Part shown: positions 51,419 through 60,530 of the stretch, in pieces
How the letters are laid out: each line of letters opens with the position of its first letter
How positions within the stretch are numbered: position 1 is the stretch's first letter
Source: Planctomycetota bacterium
GTDB taxonomy: Bacteria > Planctomycetota > UBA8108 > SXIK01
Reading direction: 5' to 3'
Length of the DNA: 64,000 nucleotides
NCBI GenBank assembly: GCA_965223845.1
Contig: CBDCXR010000004.1
Coordinates: 2,016,001-2,080,000, forward strand
Translations under genes and position numbers: made by a program
Notes under the pieces: generated by a model
Told to the model about the DNA's origin: nothing
Database searches by the model: none
Seen by the model: the letters and a program-made list of their open reading frames with translations, nothing else

Positions 51419-51919
51419 TCACACACGGAGAGATTCGATCGGAACTTTGCTCGGCGGATCACCGGCGAACTGATCGGGGGCGAGCCCGTCCTCGTGGCTC
51501 CAGGACTCGACGAGCTCGAGCGGTGACCAGCGAAAGGTCGGTGAAGAATCTGTAGTGCGACGCTTCTTCTTGGCCCCGTTCGGTGCAGTGCGATCGGAAC
51601 CGTCGAAGCACGACGACGAGAGAATGTACTCGCCCGCGGTCGTCTCGTCGTGATCGGAGACGCTCGGCCGGCAACCGCACCCGCCGCATTTCGGCCCGCA
51701 GCAACAACGAGGCATACTGCAGGCGGAAGTACGAGTCGCCCGATGGTCTGAGGAGGAGAGTGCGAGCACCGCTAGTCCGGCCGGCGCTCCGAGCTCGACT
51801 GCCGCGAAGCAGCTAGCAAGGAAGAGCGCCGACCATCGTGGTCCGGGGGAAGCACGCACCGAGCGGTCGTAGCTGCGAATTGAATCTTGTCCGCCAGCGG
51901 CGGCAGAAAACGATCCCAT
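51419..51919 (-). CDS. Small Cys-rich exported/leader protein (DUF2946-like architecture)
   Basis: Hydrophobic segment, 'CSMPRCCCGPKCGGCGC', C-terminal 'DPPSKVP'. Directly upstream of the transporter. Start uncertain. Confidence 0.55.
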   Translation of the reverse strand: MGSFSAAAGGQDSIRSYDRSVRASPGPRWSALFLASCFAAVELGAPAGLAVLALSSSDHRATRTSACSMPRCCCGPKCGGCGCRPSVSDHDETTAGEYILSSSCFDGSDRTAPNGAKKKRRTTDSSPTFRWSPLELVESWSHEDGLAPDQFAGDPPSKVPIESLRV

Positions 51920-52131
51920 CGGAGGAACTTGCGGTGAAGCGCTGAAATCTGACGATCACTCGCGCCCACTCCGAGCGAGTGAATCCGCAGCGAGTCTGAG
52001 GCGAATCCGCGCTCGATCCACCAAAAAACTGCGCTCACGCGAGTTTGGAGCGCGTCGTTTCCGCACCCGAAGTTCGCGTCCGCCGAACAGTCCGCGTACC
52101 CCACGCCGAAGGACGCAACGCGGCCGCGCGA

Positions 52132-53205
52132 TCACTCCCGCGCGAGCAGTTCCCGGATGCGCGACACCGTCGGTACGCCCGGCTCGATCGCGATGACGCC
52201 GCCGTCTTCGTCCGTGATGAACGTCGCGGGAAGCAGATCCTCCCCAAATGTCTCGTTCACCTCGGCGCGAACCCGATCGCGGACTTCCGGCGCGAGATCG
52301 AGGAGGAGATGGTACGCGGGCCGATGCGTCGCCACGTACTCGCTGAGTTTCGTCCGTGTGTCCTTCTCGTCGACGGGGACCGCGAAGAGTCCGAGCTCAC
52401 TCGGAGCGAAGTGCTCGCGAAGACGCGCGACCTGCGCCTGCTCGCGCCGGCAAGCGGCACACCAGGTCGCCATCGTCGTGTAGAGACGGAGCGGCTCCCG
52501 TCCCGGGGCGGCGCGGGCGAGGCCCGCGAGACGCGGTCGCTCGACGGCGGGCGGCGTGGACGCTTCGGGTGCCGACCGGGGCTCCGAGTAGACGTCGCGC
52601 ACGAACGCCTCGCCGGACGGTGAGTGCGCAGGGTTTTCGTAGACGGTGAGCCGAGTCCCGACCGGCACGTTCCGCGTTTCGCTCTCGCGGCCGCTCGGCC
52701 ACCGAATCCGGATCCGATCGACGGCCCGGCGCGCGCCGACTCCGACGAGCAGCACCGCGCTGTTCTGAGCGGCGAAGCCTTCGCCTCCGCGGAGCTCGCG
52801 GACGAGCGTCACCTCACCGATCTCGACGTCGACGCGCGCGCCGTAGGCATCGCGCGCACTCCACTCGCGGCTCGGCGCCGCGCTTCGATTGCCTCCGCGG
52901 AGCGCGATTGCGACGATCCCCGCGGAAGCCGCCGCGGGAGTGTCGCCGATGCGATTGCGAAACAGCTGAAAGAGAGGTGCGTTCGCGCTGACGAGAGCGA
53001 TGTCCGTCCAGCCGTCGCGATCGAAATCGAGCGTCGCGAACGCGCGGCCGTCGCCCGAGTGGTCGAGACCCGAGATTCCCCCGGCGTCGAGGAACGAAGT
53101 TCCGGCGTCGCTCAAAAAGAGATGGTTTCGTTCGTGACCGCTGTGGGAGGCGCCGCGGTCCTCGTCGGCACCGCGGCGGCCCGACACATCGGCGGCGCGG
53201 CGCAT
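52132..53205 (-). CDS. ASPIC/UnbV + TlpA-like thioredoxin domain; C-terminal continuation of the upstream CRTAC1-like ORF in the same frame
   Basis: 'SHSGHERNHLF', FG-GAP 'DFDRDGWTDI', ASPIC 'GGEGFAAQNS...IRWPSG', Trx 'ATWCAACRRE'. In frame with the upstream TGA; 13 sense codons lie between the TGA and this ATG. Confidence 0.85.
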   Translation of the reverse strand: MRRAADVSGRRGADEDRGASHSGHERNHLFLSDAGTSFLDAGGISGLDHSGDGRAFATLDFDRDGWTDIALVSANAPLFQLFRNRIGDTPAAASAGIVAIALRGGNRSAAPSREWSARDAYGARVDVEIGEVTLVRELRGGEGFAAQNSAVLLVGVGARRAVDRIRIRWPSGRESETRNVPVGTRLTVYENPAHSPSGEAFVRDVYSEPRSAPEASTPPAVERPRLAGLARAAPGREPLRLYTTMATWCAACRREQAQVARLREHFAPSELGLFAVPVDEKDTRTKLSEYVATHRPAYHLLLDLAPEVRDRVRAEVNETFGEDLLPATFITDEDGGVIAIEPGVPTVSRIRELLARE

Positions 53206-53247
53206 GAGCGGGTCCGTGCGAACCGCACGGCGCCACCAATCGCTTCA
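53205..53247 (-). promoter_or_regulatory. In-frame UGA plus a candidate bacterial SECIS element
   Basis: Minus strand: TGA AGCGATTGGTGGCG CCGTGCG-GTT-CGCACGG ACC CGCTCA. The perfect 7-bp stem starts 14 nt after the UGA and has a G-U apical loop. Confidence 0.6.
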
Positions 53248-55341
53248 CAAGTCGCGCGGAATCTCGACGTCGCGCGGAGCGGTGTAGTACCCCGCGAGGG
53301 CGTAGATATCGAGGTCGGCATCGGCGTCGACGTCGACGAACTGACTTCCCCAGCCCCAACCGGCCCGCTCGACGGTGAGCGCGGGTGGATCGCCCGAAAC
53401 TTTGTCGAAGCGACCGTCCGGCCGGTTTCGAAAGAGCGAATTTCCCCGCATGGTGAGCTGAAATCGGGGATCGATCCCGGCGAGTTGGGGGACGATGCGC
53501 CGGCCCGCCTTCGAGTACATGTTCGTCACGTAGAGATCCAGACGGCCGTCGCGGTCGTAGTCACCCCACGAGACGCCCATCCCGAAACCGGTGTCGGCCG
53601 TGCCGGTCTCCGCGGTGACATCGACGAACGCGCCGCTGCCGTCGTTTCGAAACAAGTTGTTCGGACCGAAATCATTCGCGATGTAGACGTCGGCGTCGCC
53701 ATCCTCGTCGTAGTCGGCCCAGGTACTCTGGTAGCTCTGCCGAAATAGGTGAAGCGGGCTCTCGCGCATCACTTCGAATCGTCCGTCGCCCGCGTTCCTG
53801 AGGAGCACGTTCGGCGGTCCGTAGTCGTTCAGCACGGGCTGCCAGTCGCCTTTTTCGTGAATGAGTCGATAGAGCTGTCGCTCGTCTTCTTCGTCGAGAA
53901 ACGCCGCGAACGCCGCCGAGCCTCCCGCTGCCGATTGGCCGATGAGGGCCGCGTACGTCGAGAGGTAGACGTCGAGGAGACCGTCGCCGTCATAGTCGAC
54001 CGTTGAGATCGACGAAACGAGGTGGGGGAGTCGTCCCGCGACTCGACCGCTCCGCTCGATGAATCTCCCGCCGTCGTTCTCCAGATACTGACTCGGCGCG
54101 AGCGTGCGCCCGATGATCGCGTCGGGATCACCGTCGTTGTCGAAGTCTCCGAAGATCGCGCTCGAGCAATGATCGCGAATCGCGAGGCCGATCGCGGCGG
54201 CACACTCGGTGAAGGTGCCGTCGCCGTCGTTGCGAAAGAACTGATTCGCTCCCCAGCGCGCGAGGACATAGATGTCGTCGTCCCCGTCCGGCTCGACATC
54301 GACGACGGCGAGACCCGGATGGCGGTCCTGAGACTTCACGTAGAAGTGTTCGTGCGGACGCTCGAAGCTCTCGTCGGTGAAGGCGCGGAGGACGAGCTCT
54401 TCGTGGATCGAACGACGTGCGCTCACGAGCGCTTCGGGCTCGAGCGCGGAGTCGAGGACTTCGTCGAAGAGGAGGCGAGGGCTGTCGAGCCGCTCGATGT
54501 CTCGAAGCACCCAGCGGGCGATGGCGAACCCGGGCACCGACTCGTCGTCGGAGTCGCTCGTCTTCGTCCACTCGACACCCACGGTGGCTCGGATCGTACG
54601 CCACCCATCGGCCGAACGAGCGAGTGCGTCGAATGCGAGGTCGGACACGAACCGATTCGGATCGTCGTCCGCGAATCGTCCGCGAACAAACTTGAACTTC
54701 GCGTGACGGAAGTACGCGACGTCATCGAAGAGAGAACGCCAGAGGTCGAGATCTTCACGATCCACCTCCTTCACGACGCCTTCGACGCGTTCGACGAAAC
54801 GCGCTACGAGGGCGCCCGCCTCGAGCGGGGTCCGCGGAGATGCGCGATCCAAGAATTGGACGCGCGGTGCGAAGAGCGATCTCGCTCGTTCGTCGGGGAG
54901 GACGAGGTTGAGGACACTCCGCGAGAGAGAGGCGAGATGCGGGGTCAATCTCAGAATCGTCTCCTCGGATGCCTCCATGCGCTTCCACGCCGCGCGGAGC
55001 TCGCGGTCCGGGTCGATGAGTCGGTGATACCGCAGTCCGCCGTAGATGCCGCACAACACGGCGAGGAGCGCGAAGCCCTCGGCGGCGCGGCGGGCGAGAG
55101 GAGGAAACGGCCGCGTGCGCCGGAGCAAAAGCCACGCCCCGATCGCGGCGAGAATCCCCTGGAACCCGAGGATCACGAGACGAGCCGACGAGGAGCTGAT
55201 CGCTCCGTCGGGCGCAAATCCCGCCCCGAGGTAACGCCGATTGAGGAGGACCGCCGCGACGATCAAAAGGGCGCCCGCTAGCCGGGTCGAGCCCCGGCGC
55301 AGGAGAGCGATCGTCGGTCCGCCTTCTGTCATTCGATCCAT
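53245..55341 (-). CDS. Membrane-anchored FG-GAP repeat (CRTAC1-like) protein, N-terminal portion ending at the in-frame UGA
   Basis: ATG at 55341 after GGAAGAG; ~3 TMs; six FG-GAP motifs (DVEPDGDDDIY, DFDNDGDPD, DYDGDGLLDVY, DYDEDGDADVY, DYDRDGRLDLY, DVDADADLDIY); ends mid-propeller at 'PRDL*'. Confidence 0.88.
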   Translation of the reverse strand: MDRMTEGGPTIALLRRGSTRLAGALLIVAAVLLNRRYLGAGFAPDGAISSSSARLVILGFQGILAAIGAWLLLRRTRPFPPLARRAAEGFALLAVLCGIYGGLRYHRLIDPDRELRAAWKRMEASEETILRLTPHLASLSRSVLNLVLPDERARSLFAPRVQFLDRASPRTPLEAGALVARFVERVEGVVKEVDREDLDLWRSLFDDVAYFRHAKFKFVRGRFADDDPNRFVSDLAFDALARSADGWRTIRATVGVEWTKTSDSDDESVPGFAIARWVLRDIERLDSPRLLFDEVLDSALEPEALVSARRSIHEELVLRAFTDESFERPHEHFYVKSQDRHPGLAVVDVEPDGDDDIYVLARWGANQFFRNDGDGTFTECAAAIGLAIRDHCSSAIFGDFDNDGDPDAIIGRTLAPSQYLENDGGRFIERSGRVAGRLPHLVSSISTVDYDGDGLLDVYLSTYAALIGQSAAGGSAAFAAFLDEEDERQLYRLIHEKGDWQPVLNDYGPPNVLLRNAGDGRFEVMRESPLHLFRQSYQSTWADYDEDGDADVYIANDFGPNNLFRNDGSGAFVDVTAETGTADTGFGMGVSWGDYDRDGRLDLYVTNMYSKAGRRIVPQLAGIDPRFQLTMRGNSLFRNRPDGRFDKVSGDPPALTVERAGWGWGSQFVDVDADADLDIYALAGYYTAPRDVEIPRDL

Positions 55342-55673
55342 TCTCTTCCGATGAATCGGCCGGTCTCGTGGGGGGCCACCGGTCCGCCGCGATTTCCGGC
55401 GCGAGAAGCAAAACTCGGGCCCCGATTGTACCGGCGGCGCGGCGCGAAACCGATCGGAGCGACACGGGCAGATCGCAAGAACCGTGCCCGCGGCGCTCCG
55501 CCGTCCGCGACGCGGGCGTAGGTACGCTCCCGGGGCCGATCGGGCGACCCGGGAATTCCGCTCGGAACTGCGTCGCGCACGCCAGGACCAAAAGGCGTAC
55601 AATGGGAAATCCGTGTCCGCGCGCGGGCAGCGTCGCGGCGAGGTGTGGTCGGTGGCCCGAGGGGTAGACCCGA

Positions 55674-58226
55674 GTGCGAACGACGAGAGAACCATCCGGC
55701 GGAGGCGGTGTGTCTACGGCCGGAAGATTCCTAGAGTCTCGAAGAGCGAGCGTCACGCGCCCGAGCCGGATTCGTGCGTCGCTGCGCCTCGCGCATCGCC
55801 GCCGTCGTTGGCTCGCCGCCGCCGCGTGCTCGCTCGCGCTCTCCACGCTGACCGCGCACGACGACAAGGGTGAAGGGACGGCCGAGGAGCCCGGTTACAT
55901 CCCGGATCGCGACGGCTTCCCGCCGAGCCAGTTCGAGTCGCAGGGGATCACCCTCCTTTCGTGGATCTCGGGGACGGAGTTCGCGGAAACGCCTACCGCT
56001 GCGAACGATTGCTGGGGATATGTAGCGCCATCGGGACGCGAGTACGCGCTCATCGGACTCTCGATCGGAGTCGGAGTGGTCGACATCAGCGATCCGGACA
56101 GCGCCCGCCTCGTCGAGGTCGTGCCCGGAATGACGAGCCGCTTCCGCGACATCAAAACCTTCGCGACCTACGCGTATGCCGTAACAGAAGGAACTCACGA
56201 TGAAGAGGGAAACGGCATCCAGGTCATCGATCTGACTCACGTCGACGTGAACGTCGTGACGGAAGTCGCAACCGTCGACGACGACAACAACGGCCGCACG
56301 CACAACATCGCCGTCGACAGCGCGAGCGGCTTCCTCTACCGCTGCGGAGGAGGGGACGGATCGGCCGGGATTCGCGTCTACGATCTGTCCGACCCGGCGT
56401 CCCCTCAGCGAGTCGGCACGTGGAACAACCGCTACGTTCATGACGCGCAGGTCGTCACTCACACTCAAGGCGAGTACGCGGGGCGCGAGCTGGCCTATTG
56501 CTGCTCGAACACCGGATCGGGCGGGGGAGCGGCGGGGCTGCACATCCTCGACGTCACCGACAAGGACGAGATCACCGTCCTCGGGGCGACGACGTATCCC
56601 GGCGGCCGCCTCTCGCACCAGGGCTGGCTCTCGGAAGATCGGCGCTATTTCTTCCTCAACGACGAGCGCGACGAGCGCGACGAGGAGTGGACGACGACGA
56701 CGCACGTGATCGACGTGTCCGATCCGACGCAGCCGCTCGAGGTCGGCACGTTTACGAACGGTAGCGCCGCCACCGATCACAATCTCTACGTGCTCGGCGA
56801 TCGACTGTTCGCCGCGAACTACAAGAGCGGCCTTCGCGTCTTCGACATCGCAACGCCTCTCGCCGCCACCGAAGTGCGGTACTTCGACACTTACCCCGAG
56901 GAGACGGATCCGCAGCTCAACGGTCTCTGGAGTTGCTATCCGTTCTTTCCGAGCGGGGTCGTCATCGGAAGCGACATCAACCGCGGACTCTTCGTCTGGT
57001 GGGCGGACGATCCGCTCCTCGAGTTCGACTACGCCGGTGAGCGGCCGACGCTCGCGTCGAGCGGAGATGTCTTCGCCGTCACCATCACCGCGAGGACCGC
57101 CATCGCGCTCGATCCCGAGTCGGCGGAACTCCACATCGGAACCGGGGACGAATTCGAGTCGTTTCCGCTCGCGGCGCGCGGGGATGATCGATTCGACGTC
57201 ACGCTCGGTGATTACCCCTGCCTCGCGACGCTCGAGTACTACGTGAGCGCGGAGACCGTCAACGGCATCCGCTGGCGGGACCCGCCTACCGAGCCGGCCT
57301 TTCTCACCGTCGCCTGCGGTGACGATTGCGACGCCGACGGCGTGCCCGATGCCGAAGAGATCGCCGAGGGCGCGCCCGACTGCGATGCGGACGGAGTTCC
57401 CGACGGCTGCCAGCTCGAGAGCGGCGGTGCCGATTGCGACGGCAACGGCGTTCTCGATTCCTGCGAGCTCGAGAATGCGAGTGCCGACTGTGACGCGGAC
57501 GGAACCCTCGATTCCTGTCAGATCGCGAGTGGCGAATCCGACTGCGACGCGGACGGCATCCTCGATTCCTGCCAGATCGCGAATGGCGAGCCCGACTGCG
57601 ACGGAGACGGCGTCCTCGACTCCTGCGCCATCGCCGCCGGCGCGGGCGACTGCGACGCCGACGGTGTTCCCGACACCTGCGAAATCGAGAGTGGAGAAGC
57701 GGATTGCGATGCGAACGGGACCCCGGATTCGTGTGAGCTGAGCGGCGACGACTGCGATGGCGACGGGATTCTCGATTCCTGCGCAATCGCCCTGGGAGCG
57801 GGTGACTGCGACGGTGACGGCATTCTCGACACGTGCGAGCTTTCGGCCGGCGCCGAGGATTGCGACGGAAACGACATTCCCGACTCGTGCGAGCTCGCCG
57901 AACGGGATGCCGATGGCGACGGCATCCTCGATGCGTGCGAAGTCGCGTTTCTCCGGGGTGACGCCAACACCGACGCCGGGGTGGATATCTCGGACGCCGT
58001 CTTCGTCCTCCTCTATCTCTTCGCCGACACTCTCGACGACCCCAGTTGTCTCGCGGCTTGTGACGCCGACGAGTCGGGGACGGTGAATATCACGGACGCG
58101 TTCCGCATCCTCGCGAATCTCTTCGGCGTCCCCCCCGATGACCAGATCCTCCGGCCCGGTTGTGTCATCGACACGTCGGAGCCCTCTCTCTCGTGCGCGT
58201 CGTACGATTCGTGCGCCGACGGATAA
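55674..58226 (+). CDS. Choice-of-anchor B / LVIVD-repeat secreted protein with Cys/Asp-rich repeats and a dockerin-like tail
   Basis: 'ANDCWGYV..SGREYALIG', 'RDIKTF', 'THNIAVD', 'YVHDAQV', 'SHQGWLSED..YFFLNDE.DE', 'HNLYV', 'GLWSCYPFFPSG'; tail 'FLRGDANTDAGVDISDAVFVLLYLF'. Start uncertain. Confidence 0.88.
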   Translation: MRTTREPSGGGGVSTAGRFLESRRASVTRPSRIRASLRLAHRRRRWLAAAACSLALSTLTAHDDKGEGTAEEPGYIPDRDGFPPSQFESQGITLLSWISGTEFAETPTAANDCWGYVAPSGREYALIGLSIGVGVVDISDPDSARLVEVVPGMTSRFRDIKTFATYAYAVTEGTHDEEGNGIQVIDLTHVDVNVVTEVATVDDDNNGRTHNIAVDSASGFLYRCGGGDGSAGIRVYDLSDPASPQRVGTWNNRYVHDAQVVTHTQGEYAGRELAYCCSNTGSGGGAAGLHILDVTDKDEITVLGATTYPGGRLSHQGWLSEDRRYFFLNDERDERDEEWTTTTHVIDVSDPTQPLEVGTFTNGSAATDHNLYVLGDRLFAANYKSGLRVFDIATPLAATEVRYFDTYPEETDPQLNGLWSCYPFFPSGVVIGSDINRGLFVWWADDPLLEFDYAGERPTLASSGDVFAVTITARTAIALDPESAELHIGTGDEFESFPLAARGDDRFDVTLGDYPCLATLEYYVSAETVNGIRWRDPPTEPAFLTVACGDDCDADGVPDAEEIAEGAPDCDADGVPDGCQLESGGADCDGNGVLDSCELENASADCDADGTLDSCQIASGESDCDADGILDSCQIANGEPDCDGDGVLDSCAIAAGAGDCDADGVPDTCEIESGEADCDANGTPDSCELSGDDCDGDGILDSCAIALGAGDCDGDGILDTCELSAGAEDCDGNDIPDSCELAERDADGDGILDACEVAFLRGDANTDAGVDISDAVFVLLYLFADTLDDPSCLAACDADESGTVNITDAFRILANLFGVPPDDQILRPGCVIDTSEPSLSCASYDSCADG
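57325..57945 (+). repeat. Twelve ~18-aa 'DCDxDGxxDxC' (thrombospondin type-3-like, Ca-binding) coding repeats
   Basis: Counted directly in the translation. Confidence 0.85.
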
Positions 58227-60340
58227 TGCGATCGTTGCGCACCGGCGGACATCGGGTTCGGTGCGTCCGCGATCCCGCTCTGCGGCGACGTTTCCTCTGC
58301 GCCGTGTTCGCTCTTTCGACGTGGCTTTCGCTCGCACGGTCCCGAGCGGACGACGAGTTCACTTCGTTCGAGTTTCATCCCTTCGTCTTCGCCGTCGATA
58401 AACCCAACGACGTCGAGCTGCGAGTCCGTACGACGCGCGACAACGTCGACTCGATCGCGTTCGACACCCGTCAAATCGCGGACATCTTTCTACCGAAGAC
58501 GCTCGTTCTCCGGGACGAAGGAGACGGGTCCTTCGTCGGCACTCTCCGGGTCGCGAAAGCGCCCGATCCCGGTACGACTCAGCTTCTTCTCCGCACGGCG
58601 AACTTTCAGCTTCGACTCGAGAACGGTGAAACGGTCACGATCGCGGAAGATGTCGGCGCTTCCGTCGGGCTCCTCGACCAGCGGCGCGACGTAGCAGTCG
58701 ATGCACTCGCGCCGGACGTTTACGCCAGCCGAAACGTCGTCCACATCCGGCGGGATGATCTTCTTTCGGGGGGCTACCCGACCCACGAGATCGACCGCGT
58801 CGAAACCGCCCGAGTCTTCTACGAGTTCTTCCCGGATGTCTTCGATTGGCTCGTGTTCTTCCACGTCGGAAACACCCGCTCCCGGCCGTCGGCATCGGCA
58901 GCAGGGGTGAGGAATTCCGTCGAGGGCATCGGGCGACGCCTCTTCGACCGCTCGGCCGACTTCGGCAGCGACGGGGTCCTTCGCGGGACGATTCAGATCT
59001 ACACAAAGCACACTCGCGGGCTCACCCACGAGATCTTTCACACGTGGGGAGTCTGGGGTTTCGACGTGTTCGGACTCGATTCCGTCGTCGCGGGTGCCGG
59101 CCACTGGGGTCCACTCGCGTCCGGCGAGGCGGGAACGATCTTCGGCGCGCCCCCTACGCTGGGAAGCTTGAGCGCGAACGGCGACGACGTCTTCTGCGGC
59201 CCTTGGATGCGCGAACCATCGCCGTTCGGACTCGAGCTCTACCTCATGGGTCTCGCGCCGGCGAGCGCCGTCGGCACATACGACTTCGTACGCGACGCGG
59301 AGTTCAACTCGTCGGATTGCGACGGCTACTCCTTTCGAGGTTCCGAGCTCGGCACGATCGACGCCGACACCCTGATCGCCGCGTTCGGGCCGCGGGTTCC
59401 CGGCTACCCCGATCAGGACGTGTTTCGCATCGCGCCGATCGTCGTCTCGGGTCGAGCGCTCGAGCCTATCGAATGGGACTACCTCACGCGAACGTTCGCC
59501 GCGCACGAGGCGCAGTTCGCCCGCGACCTCTACGGCCTCGCGCGCCTTCGCTACCTGACGGGAGACGACCGATACGTCCGGGGCGACGCGACGCAGGACG
59601 GCGCCGTAAACGTCTCGGATGCGGTTTCGATCCTCGACTGCCTCTTCGGACGAACGCGGGGCTGCGTCGACTGCCACGGCTCGGCGGACGCGAACGGTGA
59701 CGGGCTCATCGACGTGTCCGACGGACTGTTTCTGCTCTTTTGGCTTTTCTCGGAAGGTGATCCGCCTCCCGCGCCGTTTCCCGGCTGCGGAAGTTCCGCC
59801 GAGAGCCGACTCCGCTGCGCCGCGTTCCGCGCGTGCCCGCAGGATTCGGGCGGCGCATGCGACACGGTCGCGGCGCTTCAGCCGAGTGCCGGAGGCCCGG
59901 ACGAAGTCCTTTCGAACGGCACCGTCACGCAGGTGTTCCGCGCGGAGAGCTCGGGTCGTCTCACCGGCGTCGAGTTCATCGCTGAAAGCCGACGCGAGGT
60001 GGGCGCCCTCCTCGTCGAGGTCCTCGACCTCAGCGAGCATCCACCCGCGAGCGCTCCGGTCCTCGCGGTTCGCTCGATGCCCGCGTTCCTCTTCTTCCGC
60101 TCGAGCACACGCCTCGACGGGAGCTCCGTCACCGCGACGTTCGCCGAGCTCTCCGGCGCCGAGCTCGAGATCGAATCGGGCGACCGATTGGGAATCCGCC
60201 TCCGCACGACCGGTGGGGGCGAGTTCGCCATCGGCACGGCGGACGGGAATCCGTACGCGGACGGGAGCTTCTACCGCCGGTCGGACGAGGTTCCGAACGT
60301 CGATCTGAGCTTCAAAGTTTGCGTCGCGCCAGCGCGGTAG
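58226..60340 (+). CDS. Secreted putative zinc metallopeptidase with an internal dockerin-like domain
   Basis: TAATG overlap with the upstream gene; signal peptide; 'LTHEIFHTWG...GHW' (HExxH); 'LELYLMGL'; 'YVRGDATQDGAVNVSDAVSIL...ADANGDGLIDVSDGLFLL'; extra C-terminal beta domain. Confidence 0.78.
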   Translation: MRSLRTGGHRVRCVRDPALRRRFLCAVFALSTWLSLARSRADDEFTSFEFHPFVFAVDKPNDVELRVRTTRDNVDSIAFDTRQIADIFLPKTLVLRDEGDGSFVGTLRVAKAPDPGTTQLLLRTANFQLRLENGETVTIAEDVGASVGLLDQRRDVAVDALAPDVYASRNVVHIRRDDLLSGGYPTHEIDRVETARVFYEFFPDVFDWLVFFHVGNTRSRPSASAAGVRNSVEGIGRRLFDRSADFGSDGVLRGTIQIYTKHTRGLTHEIFHTWGVWGFDVFGLDSVVAGAGHWGPLASGEAGTIFGAPPTLGSLSANGDDVFCGPWMREPSPFGLELYLMGLAPASAVGTYDFVRDAEFNSSDCDGYSFRGSELGTIDADTLIAAFGPRVPGYPDQDVFRIAPIVVSGRALEPIEWDYLTRTFAAHEAQFARDLYGLARLRYLTGDDRYVRGDATQDGAVNVSDAVSILDCLFGRTRGCVDCHGSADANGDGLIDVSDGLFLLFWLFSEGDPPPAPFPGCGSSAESRLRCAAFRACPQDSGGACDTVAALQPSAGGPDEVLSNGTVTQVFRAESSGRLTGVEFIAESRREVGALLVEVLDLSEHPPASAPVLAVRSMPAFLFFRSSTRLDGSSVTATFAELSGAELEIESGDRLGIRLRTTGGGEFAIGTADGNPYADGSFYRRSDEVPNVDLSFKVCVAPAR

Positions 60341-60530
60341 CACGATCACGGGTGCGATCCATGCGCTCGCGAAGCCGCAGTCTTTCGCGGCGCGAATGTG
60401 CGAGACGACCGCCGCGCCCCGGGGTTAACATCATTCTTACGGTTGGTTCCCGACGCTAACCGTTCGCGTACGCGCGCGGGCGTTCACCCATCGTCGGAGC
60501 TTTTCTCGAGGAACGATTGGAGGGTCTTAC

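Noticed and set aside
51395-51421. Hairpin after the TGA of the Cys-rich ORF as a SECIS
   Set aside because: The stem starts only 3 nt after the UGA, and an in-frame TAG follows about 20 codons later.
52132-55341. Genome-wide UGA reassignment (Trp or Gly) as the explanation for the internal UGA
   Set aside because: Conserved genes in the window, such as leuC and the TruC-like gene, end at TGA at their expected C-termini, and Trp is encoded by TGG.
55731-60349. Long antisense ORFs (55731..58337, 868 aa; 58490..60349, 619 aa) and many similar shadow ORFs across the window
   Set aside because: They are mirror frames of well-supported genes, expected in high-GC DNA with few stop codons, and have no motifs of their own.
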